Of a stretch of DNA of 34,001 nucleotides, positions 9,238 to 17,095 are shown piece by piece. This stretch comes from Chthonomonadaceae bacterium. Its GTDB lineage: Bacteria; Armatimonadota; Chthonomonadetes; Chthonomonadales; Chthonomonadaceae. The stretch is taken from NCBI GenBank assembly GCA_035650735.1, contig DASRGZ010000201.1, forward strand, positions 1-34,001, written 5' to 3'. Position numbers and translations under genes: made by a program. The notes beneath the pieces were generated by a model. It did not search any database. It had not been told where the DNA came from and saw only the letters and a program-made list of their open reading frames with translations. Every line of letters begins with the position of its first letter. Position 1 is the stretch's first letter.

Positions 9238-9527
9238 ACCTAACCCCCGGCTCCCACTGCTAGGGTCGGGGCTATCATGGTTCGCGCCACTGCCAGGGTC
9301 GGCAAGGTTACGGCCCTTGCCTCCGCCTTGCGACACCTAGCGACACGGCTCCGCCTTGCGACACCCCTCCGTCTAGCGATCCTAGCCGCTCGTTCCTCGC
9401 TAGGGAAGGGGGGGACCCGGCTTCTGCTCTCCCTTCTCCCTTGGGGGGAGAAGGGCCGGGGATGAGGGGAGAACAAGGCTTCTTCTCTACCCTCTCCTTG
9501 AGAAGGAGAGGGGTTGGGGGTGAGGTC
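9238..9527. repeat. Family A mosaic carrying nested family C units (9256-9380)
   Basis: Two left ends (ACTGCTAGGGTCGG 9256, ACTGCCAGGGTCGG 9289) followed by several right ends (CCTTGCGAC, CCTAGCGAC, CCTTGCGAC, TCTAGCGAT), all inside a CCTAACCCCCGG...AGGGAAGGGG element. Confidence 0.9.
9289..9334 (+). mobile_element. Family C 46-nt mini-element (complete copy)
   Basis: ACTGCCAGGGTCGGCAAGGTTACGGCCCTTGCCTCCGCCTTGCGAC; mobility inferred from nesting. Confidence 0.6.
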
Positions 9528-9541
9528 TTCTGGAATGAAGG

Positions 9542-10936
9542 CTACAGCACCCGCTTCTTGACCTTCGTGCCCTGCGGCGTGTCGGCAACTTCGTAGCCCA
9601 TGGCGATCAGTTGGTCGCGCAGGGCGTCGGAACGGGCGAAATCGCGCGCTTTGCGAACCGCATTGCGCTCTTCCACCAGCGCCTGCACCTCCGGCGGCAG
9701 GGCCTCCTCGCCCCGGCACGACCGCTTAGCTATGTCGAGGCCGAGGATGGAATCGAACTCCACCCACAGGCGATAGCTGCCGTGCATATTCAGCAGGCCG
9801 ACCGCCTGCGGCACGCTCAGATCGTCGTTGATCGCTTCCAGTACGCGCTGCCGCGCCGCCTCAAATGCCGAGTCATCCTCGCGCAGCGGATCGTTGTCCG
9901 GGCAGAGCGAATAGATTTTGCGCAGGCCGGACGTAGCGGCGTCCAGCGCCTCCAGGGTAAAGTTAAGCTCCGAGCGGTAGTGCGCCTGAAGGCAGAGATA
10001 GCGATAGGCCAGCGGGTCGTAGCCCCGGCGGATAAGATCCTCCAGGGTGCTGGGCGGTCTCTCTTCCTCGCGGAGCTTGATCAGTTCTGACTTGGAGACT
10101 TTCCCACCGCCCATCAGCAGGAACTCGCCGTGCAGCCAGTACCGCACAAACTGGTGGTGCGTGGCGCACTCGCTCTGGGCGATCTCGTTGGTATGGTGGA
10201 CCGGAATATGATCGACGCCGCCACAGTGGATGTCGAAGGTCTCGCCCAGGTACTTCATGGACATCGCAGAGCACTCGATATGCCAGCCCGGATAGCCCGG
10301 CCCCCAGGGACTCTCCCACTGCATGATGTGCGTCGGCTTGTTTAAGAACCAGAGCACGAAATCGGACGGGTTCTTCTTGGTTTCGTCGGCAACGACCTCT
10401 TCGCGCGCGCCCTGCTTCTGCTCGGCCAGGTTGAGGCGGGCCAGCTTGCCATAATCCGGGTCTTTGGAGGTATCGAAATAGACGCCCTCGCTCGTGACGT
10501 AGGTATAGCCGTTGGCCTCCAGCCGCTGGATCAATTCAATCATCTCGCGGATATGCTCAGTGGCGCGCGGCATAATTTCAGGACGCTCGATGTTGAGGCG
10601 TTCAAAGTCCTTGAGCGCCGCCGACTCATAGAAGCGGGCGATCTCCCAAGGCGACTTCCTCTCTCTCTCGGCGGCCACCTGCATCTTATCTTCTCCGGCG
10701 TCGGCGTCGGTGGTCATGTGGCCGACATCGGTGATGTTCTGGACGTGGAGCAACTCGTAACCGTTGTATTTGAGCGCGCGGCGCAGCACATCTTCAAAGA
10801 CGTAGGTGCGCAGGTTGCCGATATGGGGATAGTTATAGACCGTCAGGCCGCAGCAGTACATCCGCACGCGCGGCGGATCGAGCGGCACGAACTCTTCTTT
10901 ACGGCGGGTCATCGTATTGTATAGATACATAGTCAT
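9542..10936 (-). CDS. cysS: Cysteine--tRNA ligase
   Basis: CGLTVY..PHIGN, PGWHIECSAMS, DIHCGGVDH..HHTNEIAQ, KVSKS, C-terminal RKARDFARSDALRDQL. Confidence 0.97.
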   Translation of the reverse strand: MTMYLYNTMTRRKEEFVPLDPPRVRMYCCGLTVYNYPHIGNLRTYVFEDVLRRALKYNGYELLHVQNITDVGHMTTDADAGEDKMQVAAERERKSPWEIARFYESAALKDFERLNIERPEIMPRATEHIREMIELIQRLEANGYTYVTSEGVYFDTSKDPDYGKLARLNLAEQKQGAREEVVADETKKNPSDFVLWFLNKPTHIMQWESPWGPGYPGWHIECSAMSMKYLGETFDIHCGGVDHIPVHHTNEIAQSECATHHQFVRYWLHGEFLLMGGGKVSKSELIKLREEERPPSTLEDLIRRGYDPLAYRYLCLQAHYRSELNFTLEALDAATSGLRKIYSLCPDNDPLREDDSAFEAARQRVLEAINDDLSVPQAVGLLNMHGSYRLWVEFDSILGLDIAKRSCRGEEALPPEVQALVEERNAVRKARDFARSDALRDQLIAMGYEVADTPQGTKVKKRVL

Positions 10937-10972
10937 CGTTAAGACGTCTCCTGCATCGCATTCATGCGTTTC

Positions 10973-10981
10973 ATTATACCA
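10973..10981 (-). promoter_or_regulatory. Extended -10 promoter element (TGGTATAAT) for cysS
   Basis: TGnTATAAT on the minus strand, 36 bp upstream of the cysS start. Confidence 0.6.
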
Positions 10982-11125
10982 AAAATCCGCCTCATCGCGC
11001 CGTCGTCCTCAGTACCCGATGTAATCGCGGTTGGAGAGGGAAGTTCTCGAGAGGCGACCGCGCTTTTGTGCCGTGTCACCCTATCGGTTCCAATGCTCAT
11101 GTTTGCGCTCCCAAGGAGTGAGCCT

Positions 11126-11148
11126 TTGACAGAACCGCGCGGTATAAT
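11126..11148 (+). promoter_or_regulatory. Promoter elements upstream of pgl
   Basis: TATAAT 11143-11148; TTGACA 11126-11131, but the spacer is only 11 bp. Confidence 0.45.
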
Positions 11149-11199
11149 GAGGGCAGGGGAGACGGCGGGCCGTGTTGGCCTGCCTGGATAGGAGAGACA

Positions 11200-11970
11200 G
11201 TGGCGATGGAGACGAAGTTGCAGCGCGCCTGCGTGCTTTTTGAGGACGTCGGTTCTCTGAGCCTGGACGCCGCCTATCGCTTTACGGCGCTGGCGGCGCA
11301 GAGCGCGGGCGCAGGCCGACCGTTTGCGGTGGCGCTGGCGGGCGGCTCGACGCCGGCCACGCTCTATGGCCTGCTGGCCGCCGCGCCATTCCGTGAGGCT
11401 ATCGCCTGGGAGAACGTCCACATTTTCTTTGGCGACGAACGGTGCGTGCCACCGGACGCGCCGGAAAGCAACTACCGCATGGCATGGGAGACCCTGTTGG
11501 CCCATGTGCCTCTGCCGGAAGCCAACATCCACCGTATGCCCGCCGAATGGCCCGACCACGAAGCCGCCGCGCGCCAGTACGCGGCGGAGTTGCGCGGCTT
11601 CTTCCAACTGGGAGGGAGCCAATGGCCGCGCTTTGATCTGATCCTGCTCGGCATGGGGCCGGACGGACATACCGCTTCGCTCTTCCCGCACAAGCCCGCG
11701 CTTCAGGAGCGGCAACGTCTTGTCGCCGCCACCGAGCCAGGTCTCAAGCCCTTCGTCCCACGCCTTACCCTGACGTTCTCGGCGATCAACCACGCCGCGC
11801 ATATTCTCTTTCTGGTGGCCGGAGCGGACAAAGCGGAGACGCTGGCGCGCGTTCTGGAGGGCCAATCCGAGCCGGAGAGCCTTCCCGCGCAAGCCGTCGC
11901 GCCGGAGAACGGCACGCTCACCTGGCTGCTGAACAAGGACGCGGCCAGTCGGCTACGCGCCTTGCCCTAA
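11200..11970 (+). CDS. pgl: 6-phosphogluconolactonase
   Basis: ALAGGSTP, FFGDERCVPP..SNY, FDLILLGMGPDGHTASLFP, RLTLT; start GTG 11200 or ATG 11206. Confidence 0.96.
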   Translation: MAMETKLQRACVLFEDVGSLSLDAAYRFTALAAQSAGAGRPFAVALAGGSTPATLYGLLAAAPFREAIAWENVHIFFGDERCVPPDAPESNYRMAWETLLAHVPLPEANIHRMPAEWPDHEAAARQYAAELRGFFQLGGSQWPRFDLILLGMGPDGHTASLFPHKPALQERQRLVAATEPGLKPFVPRLTLTFSAINHAAHILFLVAGADKAETLARVLEGQSEPESLPAQAVAPENGTLTWLLNKDAASRLRALP

Positions 11971-12010
11971 TCACAAAACTCGACCAGAGGGTGAGGGTCT
12001 ATTTTTCGGC

Positions 12011-13024
12011 TCAGTAGTCGGCGTGCTGGGAGCCGAACTTCCAGTTGACGAGCGTGCCCACGAGGATGACGACGAAGAGGATCCAGGCCACCGCCGAGGC
12101 GTATCCGATCTGGAACTGCTCAAATGCTTTGGTATAGATATAGTAGGAGATGGTCTGCGTGGTGCCTGCCGGGCCGCCGGTCGTCATGACTCGGGCCTGC
12201 TCGAAGCCGCCTTGCAGGCCGCCGATGACGCTCATAATGACGATAAAGAAGGTCGTCGGGGCCAGTTGCGGCCAGATGATGTGGCGGAAGGTCGCCCACT
12301 TGCCGGCTCCATCCACCTGCCCGGCGTCATAGAGGTCTTGCGGGATATTGGAGAGACCGGCCAGGTAGAGCAGCATGTTGCCGCCGCCGATAGAGACCCA
12401 GATGCCCATCAGCAGGATGGCGTCGCGCGCCCCGATGCCCCACTGCCGGACATCGAACCCGACGTGCTCCACCTGGAGTCCCAGCACGTTATGCGTGGAG
12501 GCGAGCCACTGCGGGGCGTGGCCAGGCAGGTGCAGCGCCTGCAATGTGCCGTTGATGAGCGCGTTGAGCGGGCCGAACTCCGGGTTGTAGAGAGCTTTCC
12601 AGAGGATGTAGAGCGCCACGCCCGCCGTGAAGCTGGGCAGGTAGAAGAGGGTACGGTAGACGATCATGCCGCGCAGCTTCTGGTTGAGCAGCAAGGCCAG
12701 GGCGAGCGAACCCGCGATGCTGATAGGAATGCCGATCATCAGGTAGACCGTGTTGATGGCATACAGCCAGAACTCCTCGGTGTGGAAGAGTTCCGAGAAG
12801 TTGGCGAACCCTATCCAGCTAAACGGCACCGTGCGCTGCAGGCGCCAGTTGGAGAAGCTGACCACCAGCGAGAACAGCACCGGCCCGACCGTAAACACCA
12901 GAAAGCCGAGCAGGTTGGGCAGCAGAAACAGCATCGCCGCCCAGAAATCCACGCGCTTCCGGCTGGCAAGCTTCTCCTCATGCCCTCCGTTGAGGGCCAG
13001 CGCCTCACCGCCAGCGACACTCAT
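12011..13024 (-). CDS. Carbohydrate ABC transporter permease (MalF/UgpA type)
   Basis: FLLPNLLGF, WIGFANF, RTLFYLP, EAA-like loop LYDAGQVDGAGKWATFRHI, GYASAVAW. Confidence 0.93.
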   Translation of the reverse strand: MSVAGGEALALNGGHEEKLASRKRVDFWAAMLFLLPNLLGFLVFTVGPVLFSLVVSFSNWRLQRTVPFSWIGFANFSELFHTEEFWLYAINTVYLMIGIPISIAGSLALALLLNQKLRGMIVYRTLFYLPSFTAGVALYILWKALYNPEFGPLNALINGTLQALHLPGHAPQWLASTHNVLGLQVEHVGFDVRQWGIGARDAILLMGIWVSIGGGNMLLYLAGLSNIPQDLYDAGQVDGAGKWATFRHIIWPQLAPTTFFIVIMSVIGGLQGGFEQARVMTTGGPAGTTQTISYYIYTKAFEQFQIGYASAVAWILFVVILVGTLVNWKFGSQHADY

Positions 13025-13056
13025 GAGTTCACGCGATCCTTTCCGTTGCGTTTGCG

Positions 13057-13185
13057 CCTAACCCCCCGTCCCTTTTAGGGTTTCGGAGCGGGCCGATCTG
13101 TTTTGCGACGGGTTAGAAACCCTTCGCAATTCCATTCCGTCGCTCAAACCGATCCGTTCGCCCCTGAACCCTTGTAGGGAAGGGG
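13057..13185. repeat. Family A element interrupted by a 96-bp imperfect inverted-repeat (MITE-like) insert
   Basis: CCTAACCCCCCG start and AGGGAAGGGG end; arms 13077-13111 and 13137-13172 are imperfectly complementary; CCCTT(T/G)TAGGG occurs at both junctions. Confidence 0.7.
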
Positions 13186-13195
13186 AAAGTCAGGT

Positions 13196-14599
13196 CTACC
13201 TGCGCGTTAGCTGCTCATAGCGGCGGCGCAGCGTCGGGTCCTGAGCGATCATCTTCTGTATCTCGGCATTGATCTTTTGCGCGGCGGTGTGCAGGGCCTC
13301 CGCCGCCGACTTCTGGTCCGATTTGACCAGGTCCATCTGTACATCGAGAATCCGCTGCACGGCCTGCCCATCCACAAACGGGCTGACCTCCTCCGGCACG
13401 CCCGCCGCCATCACCCGATACCACACGTCGTTGTAGTCCTCCTCCGGGTACTTGGGATCATGGAAATACTCCGGCGTGTTGCAGTAGGACTTCATCGGCG
13501 CCAGCGCGTCGGCCTGTGCATTTATCAGGTCGTTGTAGGGCTTGCGGCTCATGTAGACAAGGAAATCGAGCGCCTCTTTGGCGCGCGGGCTGGTCGCGTT
13601 GATCAGCGTGGCGCGGCCATAGCCATGAAACAGCCGGTAGGGGCCGTGAGGGCACTCCACCGCGCCCAGGCGCAAGGTCGGCGGCAGCAGCTTGCCGTTT
13701 TGCATCGGGTGCGTCTGGTCGCGCAGCGTGCAGAGCCACCACCGCCCGCCGAGCGCCATTGCGCCCTTGCCCGCCTCAAACCACTTGATGGTGCCCTGTC
13801 CCCAGCCGCCCTGCCCGGAGAGCGAAGCTTCCTCGATGGGAGAGGGCATGACGCGGTACTTGTAGATCAGGTCGTGGGCGAACTGGATGCCCGCAATGGC
13901 CTCCGGGCTGTCTATAATGCAGCGCGTGCCGTCCCGGTTGTAGATATGCCCGCCCCATTGCAGCAGGCAGTTCATCCAGAGCGGCTGCCAGTCGGCCAGG
14001 AAGCCATACCGAATGACGTGGCCGGCGCTATCGCGCTTGGTCAGGCGCTGCGCGAGCGGGAGAAACTGCTCCCACGTCCAGGACTTGACGTGAGGCAGCG
14101 GAATGCCTTCCTGCTCGAAGATCGCCTTGTTGAGCCAGAGGGCGTCCACGCCCGCATTGGTCGGCCAGCCGTAGATGCGCCCGTCGTAGACGAAGCAGGG
14201 GCGTACCGCCTCCCACACGTCGTCTATGGAGATACCTCGCTGCTTGAGCGCCTGCGTCACGTCCAGCGCCACGCCGGAACGCACGTAGGCAGAGAGCTGC
14301 TTGCCGTCGTAACAGTCGAACAGGTCTGGCCCGACGCCGCCCAGCGATTGCACGATTACCTTCTCCATGTCCGCGTTGCTCGGATCGAGCTTGAGGCCGG
14401 TCGGCGGGTGGGTGGGGCCGCCGGGCGGATTGAGCAGGCCGGCGTGCTGTTCCTGCTCAAACAGGGCGATCTGCTCCTTGCGGCGCGGGTTGTCGTCGCT
14501 GACCCAGACGAGCTTGCCGTCGGGCGGCGGCTGGAGCCTCCAGGCCAGCACCGAAAGGAGGATCAAGGCGCCGAAAATAATGCCGAAGAGTTTCTTCAT
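13196..14599 (-). CDS. Carbohydrate ABC transporter substrate-binding protein
   Basis: N-terminal membrane anchor; [38 protein letters not shown] typical of family 1 SBPs; ATGA overlap with the upstream macro gene. Confidence 0.9.
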   Translation of the reverse strand: MKKLFGIIFGALILLSVLAWRLQPPPDGKLVWVSDDNPRRKEQIALFEQEQHAGLLNPPGGPTHPPTGLKLDPSNADMEKVIVQSLGGVGPDLFDCYDGKQLSAYVRSGVALDVTQALKQRGISIDDVWEAVRPCFVYDGRIYGWPTNAGVDALWLNKAIFEQEGIPLPHVKSWTWEQFLPLAQRLTKRDSAGHVIRYGFLADWQPLWMNCLLQWGGHIYNRDGTRCIIDSPEAIAGIQFAHDLIYKYRVMPSPIEEASLSGQGGWGQGTIKWFEAGKGAMALGGRWWLCTLRDQTHPMQNGKLLPPTLRLGAVECPHGPYRLFHGYGRATLINATSPRAKEALDFLVYMSRKPYNDLINAQADALAPMKSYCNTPEYFHDPKYPEEDYNDVWYRVMAAGVPEEVSPFVDGQAVQRILDVQMDLVKSDQKSAAEALHTAAQKINAEIQKMIAQDPTLRRRYEQLTRR

Positions 14600-15123
14600 G
14601 GGGTTAGTTCACGCAGGGCGTTTTGATAGGCCTGATAGACGCGCTCCTCAAAGCAGACGAAGCGGACTTTCTCCAGCGCCGGGTTGTTTGCCAGGGCCTC
14701 AAGCGTCTCCCGCAGGGCGATGCGCGTGGCGCGCTCGACCGGGAAGCCGTAGGCGCCCGTGCTGATGGCAGGAAAGGCGAGGGTGCGTAGGCCGTGCTGC
14801 TTTGCCCTGGCAAAGCAGTTGCGATAGCAGGAGGCCAAAAGCTCGTCCTCCCCATGCTGGCCGCCCCGCCACACCGGGCCGACCGTGTGGATGACCCACC
14901 GGGCCGGGAGATTATATCCGCCGGTGATTTTGGCCTGTCCCGTCGGGCAGCCATGCAGCTTGCGGCACTCTTCGAGCAGCCCTGGCCCCGCCGCACGATG
15001 GATGGCCCCATCCACGCCCCCGCCGCCAAGCAGGGACGTGTTGGCCGCGTTAACGATGGCATCCACCGCCTGCCTGGTTATGTCGCCCTGAACGATCTCA
15101 ATTTTGCCGGTTAAATTCCCCAT
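14596..15123 (-). CDS. Macro-domain O-acetyl-ADP-ribose deacetylase (YmdB-like)
   Basis: [63 protein letters not shown]. Confidence 0.96.
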   Translation of the reverse strand: MGNLTGKIEIVQGDITRQAVDAIVNAANTSLLGGGGVDGAIHRAAGPGLLEECRKLHGCPTGQAKITGGYNLPARWVIHTVGPVWRGGQHGEDELLASCYRNCFARAKQHGLRTLAFPAISTGAYGFPVERATRIALRETLEALANNPALEKVRFVCFEERVYQAYQNALRELTP

Positions 15124-15179
15124 CGCGCTCCTCCTAACCTTCCCGGCGCCCTGCTAAGGCCAGTCCGCTTTGTTATGGT

Positions 15180-15368
15180 CGAATGAATTCGCAGCAACCA
15201 AGGCACGAAGTCGCCCTACGGCGACTAAACCCTCCCCTCTGCCGCAGCATGGATCGCAAGGCGGAGGGGCGAACCATTGCAGCCCCGACCCTGGCAGTAG
15301 GGGGCAGGGGGTGAGGGCAGAACCCGCGCAGGCGGGTTTAGTGCCTTGGCTGCTGCGGCTTGAGCCGC
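15180..15368. repeat. Three-tier mosaic: inverted family B pair enclosing a family A element that contains one family C unit
   Basis: B copies 15180-15226 (+) and 15321-15368 (-) share GCAGCA(A/G)CCAAGGCAC; A on the minus strand about 15229-15317; C at 15253-15298. Confidence 0.85.
15253..15298 (-). mobile_element. Family C 46-nt mini-element (complete copy)
   Basis: ACTGCCAGGGTCGGGGCTGCAATGGTTCGCCCCTCCGCCTTGCGAT. Confidence 0.6.
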
Positions 15369-15459
15369 CCGGAAAGAAAACAGGATCCTACCTGCACGCA
15401 AGGAGCCGACCGGGTTTGTACCCGCGATTGGCTATCTCTCACCCTTTCGATTACGGGGC

Positions 15460-15488
15460 GTGACAGAAGCTTTGTTTGCCAGTATAAT
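15460..15488 (+). promoter_or_regulatory. Sigma70-type promoter
   Basis: GTGACA-N17-TATAAT upstream of the nucleotidyltransferase gene. Confidence 0.7.
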
Positions 15489-15587
15489 TGCTCTAGAGAA
15501 CCTCTCAAACTGGCTCCCGACGCGCTCTCCTACATCTAGATGATATCCGTTCGGCACATCCGCATCTTCCTGGGAGACAATGACCCG

Positions 15588-16964
15588 ATGCTGAGGCCGC
15601 ACTCGCCCCGACGATATAACCCTCCCGCTGCGCCGGAGCCGCCTCCCGCCGCAGAACCGGACGCAGGCAACAGCGGCTTGCTGCGGCTGGAGGCCGTGCA
15701 CGGCCTGCCCGCGCACGCCGCCTTGCTGGTCGCCTGCGCCACCGTTGAGGTCAATGAAGCTTCCCATAGGGCCGTAGATGCCGCTCTCTCCCTGCCCGGC
15801 CTGGATTGGCCCGCCGCCGTCCGGGCCAGCATCCGGCACGGTGTTGCGCCGCTGGTCGCCCTCCATTTGCAGAGCTTTGCCGCGGACCCGCGTATCCCGC
15901 CGGAGGTTGCTGCCTGCTTTGACCGCATCTATCGGGCCAATGCGGCGCGCAACCAGGTTATTTTCCGCGAAACGGCGCGCCTGGCGCGGGCGCTGGCGGA
16001 GGCGGGCATTCCTTTTCTCGTTCTCAAGGGGGTAGCGCTGGCGCTTACCGTCTATCCGGACCCCACGCTGCGCCATTTTGCCGACCTGGATATTCTGGTC
16101 GCCCCGCAAGATTTCCAGGCGGCCTGCACGGTTGCGGAGGCCTGTGGCTTCAAGCAGGAGGTGAAAGAAGTCATCTCCAGGTCCCATCATATCCCTTATC
16201 TCTATGTTTGTGCGGAGGATATTTTCAGCGGGACCGTTGCGCCCGAGTTTGATTCGTCGCTAACGCCAGAACTCCTCTCCAGGCATGGCCATCAATTTCG
16301 AGTTGAAATTCACCATGGATTGTTCTGCCTGCTCGGCGGCATCGTGCGGAATGTGGATCTGGCTCCGTTCTGGCAGGAGGCACAGAAGACCGCGCTTCCC
16401 GACGGAACCTCCGTGCGGCTGCCCTCTCCCGAGCCGATGCTGGTTCATCTGGCCGCGCACGCGGCGAGCCATCTCTACGGACGATTGCTCTACCCGATAG
16501 ACGCTGCCCAGGTCATCCATTGCTATAGCACACAGATAGACTGGGATTGGCTTATAGAGTTGGCCTCCAGATGTGGAGAAAGCGCGTCTGTTTATCGGCT
16601 GATGACGCTCGCGCAGCAGTTTGGCGCGGAGATTCCAGCACAGACGCTACACCGGCTTCGGGAGGCGCCGGGCGGCAAGGCGGCAAGACACCCCTTGCTA
16701 TTGACCCAGATCTTCAAAGTAGATCCCAAAGATCATAGCGTTCAGATGTGGCAGCAGTGGCGGATGCTTGGAAACACACGGGATCGTCTGACAGCACTCC
16801 GCTATGTTCTCTTTCCGCCGGCACCTATTCTGCGCGCCGTCTACGGCATCGAGTCTCCCTATCTTCTCCCCCCCCTCTACCTCTATCGCCCGCTGCATGT
16901 GGCGTGGCGGCTAGTGCGTATCCTTCTGCGCCGTGCAAAGTCGCATCTCCCGGAGCAACATTAA
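15588..16964 (+). CDS. Nucleotidyltransferase family protein (uncharacterised NTP_transf_5-like)
   Basis: LDW..HGVAPL, GIPFLVLKGVALA..YPDPTLRHFADLDILV (KG...DxD), VEIHH, LVHLAAH, IDWDWL. ATG 15588 after GGGAG; alternative start 15540. Confidence 0.85.
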   Translation: MLRPHSPRRYNPPAAPEPPPAAEPDAGNSGLLRLEAVHGLPAHAALLVACATVEVNEASHRAVDAALSLPGLDWPAAVRASIRHGVAPLVALHLQSFAADPRIPPEVAACFDRIYRANAARNQVIFRETARLARALAEAGIPFLVLKGVALALTVYPDPTLRHFADLDILVAPQDFQAACTVAEACGFKQEVKEVISRSHHIPYLYVCAEDIFSGTVAPEFDSSLTPELLSRHGHQFRVEIHHGLFCLLGGIVRNVDLAPFWQEAQKTALPDGTSVRLPSPEPMLVHLAAHAASHLYGRLLYPIDAAQVIHCYSTQIDWDWLIELASRCGESASVYRLMTLAQQFGAEIPAQTLHRLREAPGGKAARHPLLLTQIFKVDPKDHSVQMWQQWRMLGNTRDRLTALRYVLFPPAPILRAVYGIESPYLLPPLYLYRPLHVAWRLVRILLRRAKSHLPEQH

Positions 16965-16981
16965 ACCGGAGTAACATTAAA
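16950..16981. repeat. 16-bp tandem duplication spanning the nucleotidyltransferase stop codon
   Basis: CCGGAGCAACATTAAA followed directly by CCGGAGTAACATTAAA (15/16 identical). Confidence 0.85.
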
Positions 16982-17095
16982 TAGGAACGTCACTATTGTC
17001 GGAGTCAGTCCTGTGTTGCCGATAATAAAAAAGGGATCGGAGCGTTTCTGGCGAACTAAGAGGCTGCATATCGCCGTATTTGAGGATGGAACTTC

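Noticed and set aside
9256..9380. CRISPR array or simple tandem repeat (also 30247-30507)
   Set aside because: Repeats are nested left and right ends with irregular spacing, there are no uniform unique spacers, and no cas genes are present.
9240..9719. ORFs across repeat mosaics (also 5322-5519, 15170-15463, 30267-30458, 20555-21074)
   Set aside because: Translations such as LTPNPSPSQGEG are read-outs of the palindromic repeats, with no RBS or domain signal.
12023..14626. Long antisense ORFs (12023-13078, 13277-14626; also 148-690, 18548-19945, 21411-22928, 32611-33744)
   Set aside because: Shadow frames of well-supported genes, expected in high-GC DNA.
15253..15298. Family C as a tRNA fragment or ribozyme (GGTTCG in several loops)
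   Set aside because: No T-arm stem or cloverleaf forms, two copies lack the motif, and no hammerhead, HDV or twister core is visible.
14596..16964. Macro domain plus nucleotidyltransferase as a toxin-antitoxin or defence pair
   Set aside because: The genes are divergent, the macro protein is an ordinary YmdB type coupled to the ABC genes, and no DarT, HEPN or AbiEi partner is present.
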